A DNA stretch of 14,465 bases, taken from contig JAJRYM010000156.1 in assembly GCA_024275775.1 (NCBI GenBank), positions 1-14,465 of the forward strand, read 5' to 3'. A program made the position numbers and the translations under genes. Below, piece after piece: positions 1-6,668 of this stretch. This stretch comes from Nitrospirota bacterium. GTDB lineage: Bacteria > Nitrospinota_A > UBA7883 > JACRGQ01. Below the pieces are notes generated by a model. It saw only the letters and a list, made by a program, of their open reading frames with translations, did not search any database and was not told the origin of the DNA. Numbering within the stretch: position 1 is the stretch's first letter; each line of letters opens with the position of its first letter.

Positions 1-25
1 CGGTTCATTCGCGTTTCTCATAGGC

Positions 26-1237
26 ATGAGCCGCGCTCCCGGAGTGTCGAGGTTTTTCCCCGAAGATTATTTCAGAAGGGCGCTCGTAGGCCATGTCGAT
101 CTTGCCATAGTTTGCTGGCTGTTGATTTCCGCCATAGTGCTCTGGAACCATTTCCTCGAAAGCCCGCAGTATAAGAACAGTTTCCGCATCGGCGCGCTTG
201 GCGTTGCGCTGATTTTCCTTTCGGCTCTGCCCGGTTCCGGAGAGGCCGTTTTGAACAACTACGTGCCGGTCATTACCAGCCCATTTTTCTTTACCGGGAT
301 TTGCCTGTTCTTTCTCGCTTTTTGCCTTTCCGTTTTCGACTTTTTGGGAGAAGGCATTCTGGGTCTTTCATCGGAAAACCAGTATAAGAACATACTCTCC
401 GTATCGGTGATTATCGCTTTGATAATGATGGTCGCCGTGCTGGCATCTCTGCTCCTGCTGGGAGGGGATAAACTGGACGACCAGCATTTCTATTACGAGC
501 GGCTTTTCTGGGCGCCCGGCCATATTCAGCAGATACTCAACGCTTCCCTTCTGGTTATCGTTTGGTACGCGCTTTTGCGGGAAACAATCGGCAAGGAGCC
601 GGAATTCTGGGGGTTTCTCGAATACGCCAACAGAATCCTGATAATCTCGGCTCTTCTCCTGCTGGCGATGCTCTTTTTCTTCGACCCGCTAGACAGGGTT
701 TTCAAAATCGGCGCGGAGGTAATCTACGGGCTGGGGATAGGCATTCCGCTTTTTATGCATATAGCCAATATTTTTCGCCAGTATATTTTTGTAGCCCGCA
801 AGCCGGCCTCATCCGCCTTGCTGATTTCGATAATTATTTATCTTTACGGCATATTCATAGCCTACGGAGGGTTTGATAACGATACCCGCGTGCCTGCCCA
901 CTACCATGGCGCGGTTACCGCGCTTACCCTCGCGCTGATGGGCTTTGCCTTTCATATGATTTCCGGTTTCAGAATGAAAATCGCTTTTGAAAAACTGGCG
1001 CGTTATCAGCCATACCTCTACGGTCTCGGCATGGTGTTTTTTATATCGGGGCTTTTCGTTTCCGGGCTTTTCGGAGCGCCGCGGAAAACGCCCGGCACGG
1101 ACTGGACGGATAATCCGGTGGTGTTAACCGCATTGTCGTTTATGGGAATTGGCACTTTGCTGGCCGTTGCCGGCGGAGCTTTGTTTGTCGTTTATGTCGG
1201 CGTTACCATTTACAGGGAAGAAACAGAGGATGAGTGA
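26..1237 (+). CDS. Polytopic integral membrane protein of about 11-12 predicted TM helices. It carries heme-copper-oxidase-like histidine motifs (LFWAPGH, AHYHGAV) and may be NnrS-like or a divergent HCO subunit-I homolog. The reading frame is open back to nt 2, so the true start may lie upstream of the window.
   Basis: It is a 403-codon ORF made of alternating hydrophobic helices. Every reverse-frame ORF across it is short. The motif FWAPGH (nt ~506-523) resembles COX1 helix VI WFFGHPEVY, and HYH (nt ~899-907) resembles helix X HFHYV. The spacing between them, about four helices, also fits. There is no stop codon between nt 2 and the first ATG at 26. Confidence 0.7.
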   Translation: MSRAPGVSRFFPEDYFRRALVGHVDLAIVCWLLISAIVLWNHFLESPQYKNSFRIGALGVALIFLSALPGSGEAVLNNYVPVITSPFFFTGICLFFLAFCLSVFDFLGEGILGLSSENQYKNILSVSVIIALIMMVAVLASLLLLGGDKLDDQHFYYERLFWAPGHIQQILNASLLVIVWYALLRETIGKEPEFWGFLEYANRILIISALLLLAMLFFFDPLDRVFKIGAEVIYGLGIGIPLFMHIANIFRQYIFVARKPASSALLISIIIYLYGIFIAYGGFDNDTRVPAHYHGAVTALTLALMGFAFHMISGFRMKIAFEKLARYQPYLYGLGMVFFISGLFVSGLFGAPRKTPGTDWTDNPVVLTALSFMGIGTLLAVAGGALFVVYVGVTIYREETEDE

Positions 1238-1349
1238 AAAGGAAAACAAAAAAAACAGGGGCAAGTGGGTAATGCTTTTTACTCTGCTGGCTATCGCCGT
1301 TGCCATGTATTTTAGCATTATCTGGAAGATATCTACCAAAGGCCCCTGA
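1230..1349 (+). CDS. 39-aa single-TM miniprotein (MSEKENKKNRGKWVMLFTLLAIAVAMYFSIIWKISTKGP), a possible small accessory subunit in the CydX/CcoQ style
   Basis: Its ATG at 1230 overlaps the upstream stop in the sequence ATGAGTGA, giving an 8-nt overlap suggestive of translational coupling. GGGAAG sits 9 nt upstream. The product has a basic N-terminus, one hydrophobic helix and a short polar tail. The ORF ends 105 nt before the ABC ATPase gene. Confidence 0.45.
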   Translation: MSEKENKKNRGKWVMLFTLLAIAVAMYFSIIWKISTKGP

Positions 1350-1453
1350 CTCTTCTGCAAACCGGCTTTTTTCTTTTACGAGGCCGGAGTGATACTATCT
1401 CAGGATAGCGCACAGACTTAATTCACAACCAGTCGGCACGAAAGGGTTTTTGC

Positions 1454-2407
1454 ATGACAGCTGTTCAAATAACCGCACTACGCCACACCTACCCCGGCAA
1501 AAAGAAAACCGGCGCTGTAGAAGTATTGCGCGGGATAGACCTGACCGTTAAGAAAGGCAAAATTTTCGGGTTTCTTGGGCCTAACGGTTCCGGCAAAACA
1601 ACGCTTTTTAAAATACTGTCCACCCTGTTTCCTCCGTCTTCCGGCCGCGCCGAAATTCTGGGGATGGACATCGTTAAAAACCCGAATGAAATAAGACGCA
1701 GAATAGGCATCGTTTTTCAAAACCCGAGCCTGGACGGCAAACTGACCATCGAAGAAAATCTCGTTCATCAGGCGCATCTCTACGGCCTTTCGGGCGTCCC
1801 GATGCAAGAGAGAATAGATTTTCGGCTTAAACAGTTCTCACTTTCCGACAGGCGCAACCAGTTTGTGGAAACGCTTTCGGGCGGGCTTAAAAGAAGGGTG
1901 GAGCTTGCCAAAGGGCTTCTTCATAACCCGGAACTGCTTATACTGGACGAGCCTTCCACAGGCCTCGATCCTGCCGCGAGGCGGTCGTTATGGTCGGCCC
2001 TTACAGCCCTCAGGTCGAACGACGGGGTTACCATTCTCGTTACCACCCACCTTATAACCGAGGCGGAGCAGTGCGACAGGCTGGCGATTCTCGACCGAGG
2101 TCAGGTGGTTTGCGAAGGCTCTCCTGAAGAGCTTAAAAGCGAAATCGGCGGGGATGTGATAACCATTTCAACTCCCTCGCCGGCTGAATTCGCGGAGAAA
2201 TATTCTCAGAAGTTCCACGAAAAACCGATGCTCGTTAACGGAAAAATAAGAGTGGAAAAGGCCAACGGGCATCGTTTTATTCCGGAAATAGTGGAAGCGT
2301 TGCCGGCTCTCGTTCAGGGAGTGTCGTACGGCAAGCCGACGCTCGACGATGTTTTCGTTCATAAAACAGGCCATTCGCTGGCCGCCGAAGCGGAGGAAAA
2401 AGCATGA
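1454..2407 (+). CDS. ABC transporter ATP-binding protein of the ABC-2/DrrA-NatA-CcmA-like exporter class, with a C-terminal DUF4162-type extension
   Basis: Walker A GPNGSGKTT, ABC signature LSGGLKRRVELAK, Walker B LLILDEPSTGLD and an H-loop TTH are all present. An AAAGGG ribosome-binding site lies 7 nt upstream of the ATG. Confidence 0.93.
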   Translation: MTAVQITALRHTYPGKKKTGAVEVLRGIDLTVKKGKIFGFLGPNGSGKTTLFKILSTLFPPSSGRAEILGMDIVKNPNEIRRRIGIVFQNPSLDGKLTIEENLVHQAHLYGLSGVPMQERIDFRLKQFSLSDRRNQFVETLSGGLKRRVELAKGLLHNPELLILDEPSTGLDPAARRSLWSALTALRSNDGVTILVTTHLITEAEQCDRLAILDRGQVVCEGSPEELKSEIGGDVITISTPSPAEFAEKYSQKFHEKPMLVNGKIRVEKANGHRFIPEIVEALPALVQGVSYGKPTLDDVFVHKTGHSLAAEAEEKA

Positions 2408-3180
2408 GCGGAACAATGCTTACCGTAACGACTCTCTGGAAGCGCGAGATGGTACGTTTTTATCGTGACCGTAGCCGGGTTATAGGCGGGCTCGTTCCGC
2501 CGGTGATTTTCTGGTTCTTTATAGGTTCCGGTTTCAGCGGCTCTTTCCGCGTAGGCGAAGGGGAGGGGATATCCTACCTTCTTTACTTTTTCCCCGGCAT
2601 CCTTACGCTCATATTTCTTTTCACCGCAATTTTTTCGACCATCTCCATAATAGAAGACAGGAAGGAAGGTTTTCTTCAGTCGGTTCTTGTGGCGCCTGTT
2701 CCGAGAACATCGATAGTTCTTGGCAAGGTGCTTGGAAGCGCGTCGCTGGCTTTTCTGCAGGGGATACCGTTTCTTATATTGGGTTATTTCGGCGGCATTC
2801 GGATACATCACGGGATGGTTCTGCAAACCATGATAATACTTTTCGCCATCTCTTTCGTATTCGCGTCGATAGGGTTTCTTCTGGCCTGGATTCTGGAATC
2901 CGCGCAAGGTTTTCACGCGATAATGAACATGTTTCTTATCCCAATGTGGCTGTTGTCCGGGTCGCTGTTTCCGATAGGTAATCTTCCGGGCTGGCTGGCG
3001 TGGCTTGTAAAGGCCAACCCGCTAACTTACGCCGTGGCCGCTTTGCAACGGGTTCTTTTCGACCCCGGCGTCATAAGCTCCCTGCCGACGATGAGGCAGT
3101 GCGCTATCGTAATATTTGTTTATTGCGCCGTCTGTTTCGCGGGCGCTCTTTATGTCGCTAAAAAAAGGGTAAATTACTAA
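2404..3180 (+). CDS. ABC-2 family transporter permease with 6 predicted TM helices
   Basis: Its start overlaps the ATPase stop in an ATGA junction at 2404-2407. The 258-aa product is hydrophobic throughout and has the size and topology typical of ABC-2 exporter permeases. Confidence 0.88.
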   Translation: MSGTMLTVTTLWKREMVRFYRDRSRVIGGLVPPVIFWFFIGSGFSGSFRVGEGEGISYLLYFFPGILTLIFLFTAIFSTISIIEDRKEGFLQSVLVAPVPRTSIVLGKVLGSASLAFLQGIPFLILGYFGGIRIHHGMVLQTMIILFAISFVFASIGFLLAWILESAQGFHAIMNMFLIPMWLLSGSLFPIGNLPGWLAWLVKANPLTYAVAALQRVLFDPGVISSLPTMRQCAIVIFVYCAVCFAGALYVAKKRVNY

Positions 3181-3608
3181 TGAATCTCACAGTTCTGCCG
3201 CATTTTCAGGCTTCGATGAACACTGTTTCCACCATCCTTTTGCTCACAGGTTTTTATTTCATTAAAAACGACAACCGCAGCGCCCACATGAAATGCATGA
3301 TTTCGGCGCTTGGCACGTCCAGTCTGTTTCTGGTCTCCTATCTCACCTATCACTATTACGCCGGAACGACCCGCTTCGGCGGCGAGGGGTGGATAAGGCC
3401 GGTTTACTTCACGATTCTTCTTACGCACACCATCCTCGCTATAGCTATCGTGCCGCTGGTGCTGGTAACGGTCTGGCGCGCCGCTAAGGGGAGATTCGAA
3501 ACGCACAGGAAAATAGCCAGGTGGACACTGCCGATATGGCTTTATGTGTCGGTCACCGGCGTTATAATCTATTGCATGCTCTATCATCTTTATCCGCCCG
3601 CAGGCTGA
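3180..3608 (+). CDS. DUF420 family membrane protein, CtaM/YozB-like (4 TM)
   Basis: Its start overlaps the permease stop by 1 nt (TAATG). It has the DUF420-like signature segments LFLVSYLTYHYY, ILLTHTILAIAIVPLVL, HRKIARWTLPIWLYVSVTGV, and is about 140 aa long. Confidence 0.78.
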   Translation: MNLTVLPHFQASMNTVSTILLLTGFYFIKNDNRSAHMKCMISALGTSSLFLVSYLTYHYYAGTTRFGGEGWIRPVYFTILLTHTILAIAIVPLVLVTVWRAAKGRFETHRKIARWTLPIWLYVSVTGVIIYCMLYHLYPPAG

Positions 3609-3616
3609 CGGGACGC

Positions 3617-4993
3617 GTGAAAAAAAACCGGTATCATCTGGTTACGTTTGGTTGCCAGATGAACCAGTACGATTCCGAAAAACTGGAAGGGATTCTTTCT
3701 GCGCGGGGAATGGAGCCGGCCGGCAGTCCCGATAAGGCGGATGTAATCTTCGTAAACAGCTGTTCCATACGGGAAAAAGCCGAGAGCAAGGTTTTCTCGC
3801 TTATCGGGAGGCTCGCTGGCGCAGGAAACGGCAGGAAACCGGTAATAGCTTTGGGCGGCTGTATCCCGACTCTTAGGGGGAAGGAAATTTTCCGTTCGGC
3901 GCCCGCTGTAGATTTGCTCTACGGCCCCGATTCGCTGGAAAAACTGCCGGCCATGCTGGAGGAATATTTCTACACCGGCAAAAAACAGATTGATCTGGAA
4001 TTCAGCGATTCCACCGCTTGGGACGGGCCCGACCCGTGTGTAAGGCCGAGCGACGTTACAGCGTGGGTTGGAATAATGAAAGGGTGCGACAACCGATGTT
4101 CCTACTGCGTGGTGCCGGACACGCGCGGGCCGGAGGTAAGCAGGCCGGTGGAATCCATCCTTGCGGAAGTGAAAGCTCTTGCGAAAAAAGGATACAGGGA
4201 AATAAACCTGTTGGGGCAGAACGTAAATTCGTACGGCAAAACCCTTCCCGGTTCGGTTACGTTCCCGGAGCTATTGGGGATGGCGGAAGAGATTGAAGGG
4301 ATAGAGCGGATTCGGTTTATGACCTCTCATCCGAAAGATCTTACCGACAGGCTTATCGAGCGGATGGCCGGGTCTCAAAAAATCTGCCCTTCATTGCATC
4401 TTCCGCTTCAGGCCGGTTCCGACCGGATACTTGAGATGATGAACCGGGGCTACACGGCCGGCGACTACCTGGAAAAAATCCGAAAACTCAAATCGGCCGT
4501 ACCCGGAATAACCATATCAACAGACCTGATGGTGGGATTCCCGACGGAAACCGACGATGATTTCAAAAAAACTATCGGGGTGATGGAAAAAGTTAATTTT
4601 GACTCGCTTTATCTTTTCATCTATTCCCGGCGCCCGGCAACTCCCGCCGCCGATTTTGACTGCCAGGTTCCACGCGATGCCGCCCACGCCCGGTTTGAAC
4701 AAGCGTGGGCGCTCCACCGCAAAACGGTTTCCAGGAAACTCGCCGAGTTGGAAGGAAGCACGGTTGAACTGCTGTGCGAAGGGGAATATGGTGTAAAATC
4801 TACGAAAGAAAAAGACGATGCGCTAATAACGCAGTTCGGCCGGTCTGCAGGCGGCCATAAGGTTATATTTGAAGCGGAGAAGAATTTAACAGGCAAAATA
4901 TTATCGGTTCTGGTTACCCGTTCGGCCGGTTTCAATCTTTACGGAAAGCCGGCCGCGGAAAGGAATGCACATGGGAGAAGAGACAAGAATTGA
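3617..4993 (+). CDS. miaB: tRNA-2-methylthio-N6-dimethylallyladenosine synthase (radical-SAM methylthiotransferase, MiaB family)
   Basis: N-terminal MTTase motif VTFGCQMNQYDSE. Radical-SAM cysteine triad CDNRCSYCVVP. It shows strong colinearity with E. coli MiaB (VSRP..IL.E...LA..G.REINLLGQNVN, SLHLPLQAGSDRIL, C-terminal TRAM region). The true start is the GTG at 3617, 9 nt after the DUF420 stop. The ORF-track start at 3521 would overlap DUF420 and adds a non-homologous N-terminus. Confidence 0.9.
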   Translation: MKKNRYHLVTFGCQMNQYDSEKLEGILSARGMEPAGSPDKADVIFVNSCSIREKAESKVFSLIGRLAGAGNGRKPVIALGGCIPTLRGKEIFRSAPAVDLLYGPDSLEKLPAMLEEYFYTGKKQIDLEFSDSTAWDGPDPCVRPSDVTAWVGIMKGCDNRCSYCVVPDTRGPEVSRPVESILAEVKALAKKGYREINLLGQNVNSYGKTLPGSVTFPELLGMAEEIEGIERIRFMTSHPKDLTDRLIERMAGSQKICPSLHLPLQAGSDRILEMMNRGYTAGDYLEKIRKLKSAVPGITISTDLMVGFPTETDDDFKKTIGVMEKVNFDSLYLFIYSRRPATPAADFDCQVPRDAAHARFEQAWALHRKTVSRKLAELEGSTVELLCEGEYGVKSTKEKDDALITQFGRSAGGHKVIFEAEKNLTGKILSVLVTRSAGFNLYGKPAAERNAHGRRDKN

Positions 4994-5474
4994 AATGAAA
5001 GTGGAAGGGTTGGTTCTGGACCCCGCCACAAGCATGCCGATAATAATCCTTAAGGATATGGAAGACCAGTGGACTCTTCCGATATGGGTTGGGATTTTTG
5101 AAGCCAACGCCATCGCCCTGGAAATGGAAAAAATACAGACGCCCCGGCCGATGACGCACGACCTGATAAAAAATATCTTCAATGGGTTCGAAGCCACCGT
5201 AAACCACATCTGCGTAAACGATCTGCGGGATAACACCTTTTACGCGCTTATTTCCGTTAATGTTAACGGAGAGGAAAAGATAATCGACTCGCGCCCGTCC
5301 GACGCCATCGCCATTTCCCTGCGCGTCAACGCAAAAATTCTTGTTGAAAAAAAGGTGCTTGAAGAAGCGAAGAGCTTCGATTTCGCGGGAGAGGCGGAAC
5401 TGGGTAACGACGACCAGTGGAAAAAATGGCTCGACGAGGTAAAGCCGGACGATTTCGGCAAGGACGATCAGTAA
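4971..5474 (+). CDS. DUF151 / BFN 'bifunctional nuclease' domain protein with an acidic C-terminal tail
   Basis: The N-terminal ~130 aa have the BFN-domain pattern (LVLDPATSMPIIILKD...WTLPIWVG..EANAIA...........HDL.........ICVNDL..NTFYA.I.....EE.IIDSRPSDAIAISLR). It overlaps the miaB 3' end by 23 nt in a different frame. The ATG at 4971 has AGGA 6 nt upstream. An in-frame ATG at 4965 is the alternative start. Confidence 0.8.
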   Translation: MGEETRIEMKVEGLVLDPATSMPIIILKDMEDQWTLPIWVGIFEANAIALEMEKIQTPRPMTHDLIKNIFNGFEATVNHICVNDLRDNTFYALISVNVNGEEKIIDSRPSDAIAISLRVNAKILVEKKVLEEAKSFDFAGEAELGNDDQWKKWLDEVKPDDFGKDDQ

Positions 5475-5532
5475 TCGAACCTTGTTTTCAGTTGAGCGGT
5501 CAGGGGGAAATGTTTTTTAGGGAGGTACGGGC

Positions 5533-6645
5533 ATGGCGATAATGATGGAGGTAATCGAATGGACGGATCCATCTCCGGAAGACATGATTTCCCGCTATCC
5601 CGGAAGGGGTTCGGCCGATATAAAGCTCGGCGCACAGCTTATCGTACGGGAAACGCAGTCGGCCGTATTTTACCGCGATGGCAAGGCCTGCGATTCGTTC
5701 GGGCCGGGCAGACATACTCTTAAAACCGTAAACCTGCCGATAATCACTAAACTGTTCTCCGCACCGTGGGGCTTTGAAAGCATATTCAAGGCCACGGTCT
5801 ATTTTATAAATCACAAAACCTTCACGAACATGAAGTGGGGCACCAGAGATCCCGTGGCGTTCCGCGACCGTGAGCTGGGCCTTGTCCGATTGCGGGGCTT
5901 CGGCGTTTACAGCATGAAAGTAACCGAGCCTCTTCTCTTCATAAACCAGCTCGTCGGAAGGGAAGCCCAATACTCTACAGACCAGATAGGCGACTATTTA
6001 AGGGACATAATAATATGCAGGCTTAACGACCTTTTCGGCGAAAAGCTGGATACAATTCTCGATCTGCCGGCGCAATACAAGGAGCTCGCGGCCGAACTCA
6101 AGGATATTCTGCAGAAAGAGTTTGGCAAATACGGCATAACCCTGCTCGATTTCTACATATCTTCCATCACGCCGCCCGAAGAGGTGCAGAAGATGATAGA
6201 CGAAAGAAGCGGAATGGCGGCCGTAGAGAATCTGGATCAGTTTCTCAAGTTCAAGGTGGCGAAATCGATGGATGCCGGCGGAGGCGCCGTATCCGGCGGA
6301 GCCGCGGCCGGAATAGGCATGGGAGTAGGGATGATGATGCCGGGCTACATGAGCAAAGCGTTTGCCCCGGAGCAGAGGGACTTGGAAAAGGAGTCGATAC
6401 CTACGGTGCAATGCCCCGAATGTCTGGCACATACGCCGGAAAACAGCAGGTTTTGCTACCGGTGCGGGCACCAGATGACTGCGGCCAGCATGTGCCAGAA
6501 CTGTTCCAAGGTGGTGCCGGTGCATTCCAAATTCTGCATGAACTGCGGTCATAGCCTTTCGGAAAAGCCGCACTGTTCAAAATGCGATATCGATCTTCCG
6601 TCCGGCACAAAATTCTGCCCCGGTTGCGGGGAGAAAATAGGCTGA
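5533..6645 (+). CDS. SPFH/band-7 domain protein of the COG4260 'YdjI / putative virion core protein' type with three tandem C-terminal zinc ribbons
   Basis: The N-terminus (IEWTDPSPEDMISRYPGRG...GAQLIVRETQSAVFYRDGKACDSFGPGRHTL.T.NLP...KWGTRDP) matches the COG4260 SPFH family as I recall it. A Gly/Met-rich low-complexity linker lies at nt 6268-6351. Three CxxC-x9-11-CxxC units follow at nt ~6412-6642. A GGGAGG ribosome-binding site sits 7 nt upstream of the start. Confidence 0.88.
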   Translation: MAIMMEVIEWTDPSPEDMISRYPGRGSADIKLGAQLIVRETQSAVFYRDGKACDSFGPGRHTLKTVNLPIITKLFSAPWGFESIFKATVYFINHKTFTNMKWGTRDPVAFRDRELGLVRLRGFGVYSMKVTEPLLFINQLVGREAQYSTDQIGDYLRDIIICRLNDLFGEKLDTILDLPAQYKELAAELKDILQKEFGKYGITLLDFYISSITPPEEVQKMIDERSGMAAVENLDQFLKFKVAKSMDAGGGAVSGGAAAGIGMGVGMMMPGYMSKAFAPEQRDLEKESIPTVQCPECLAHTPENSRFCYRCGHQMTAASMCQNCSKVVPVHSKFCMNCGHSLSEKPHCSKCDIDLPSGTKFCPGCGEKIG

Positions 6646-6668
6646 AGCCTTTTTGAAAGAGGGGCGGT

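Noticed and set aside
26-1349. Interpreting the first two ORFs as cydB-cydX (cytochrome bd subunit II plus the CydX miniprotein)
   Set aside because: The sizes are suggestive (~400 aa plus 37-39 aa), but the large protein shows no similarity to CydB as I recall it. No cydA-like sequence precedes it within the window.
1350-1453. Intrinsic terminator after the miniprotein, at the T-run ccggcttttttc
   Set aside because: No stable GC-rich hairpin immediately precedes the T-run. Only a CCGGC...GCCGG pair with a 17-nt loop is present. A 5-bp palindrome CTATCtcagGATAG at ~1396-1409 may be an operator, but it is too weak to call.
2359-2916. 185-aa minus-strand ORF
   Set aside because: It is antisense inside the ABC-2 permease gene. 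Its product is highly basic and low-complexity with no motifs. The sense strand has clear permease character.
1454-3180. Calling the ABC pair NosF/NosY (nitrous-oxide reductase maturation)
   Set aside because: The sizes and the ABC-2 class fit, but no nosZ/nosD/nosL is present and ABC-2 exporters are generic. The evidence is insufficient.
3521-3616. N-terminal extension of the miaB ORF back to the ATG at 3521, as in the six-frame track
   Set aside because: It would overlap the DUF420 gene by 88 nt and adds a 32-aa segment with no MiaB homology. The GTG at 3617 gives the canonical MiaB N-terminus (..VTFGCQMNQYDS) straight after the upstream stop.
5998-6573. 191-aa minus-strand ORF
   Set aside because: It is fully embedded antisense in the SPFH gene, whose family match on the plus strand is strong. 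His/Arg-rich spurious translation.
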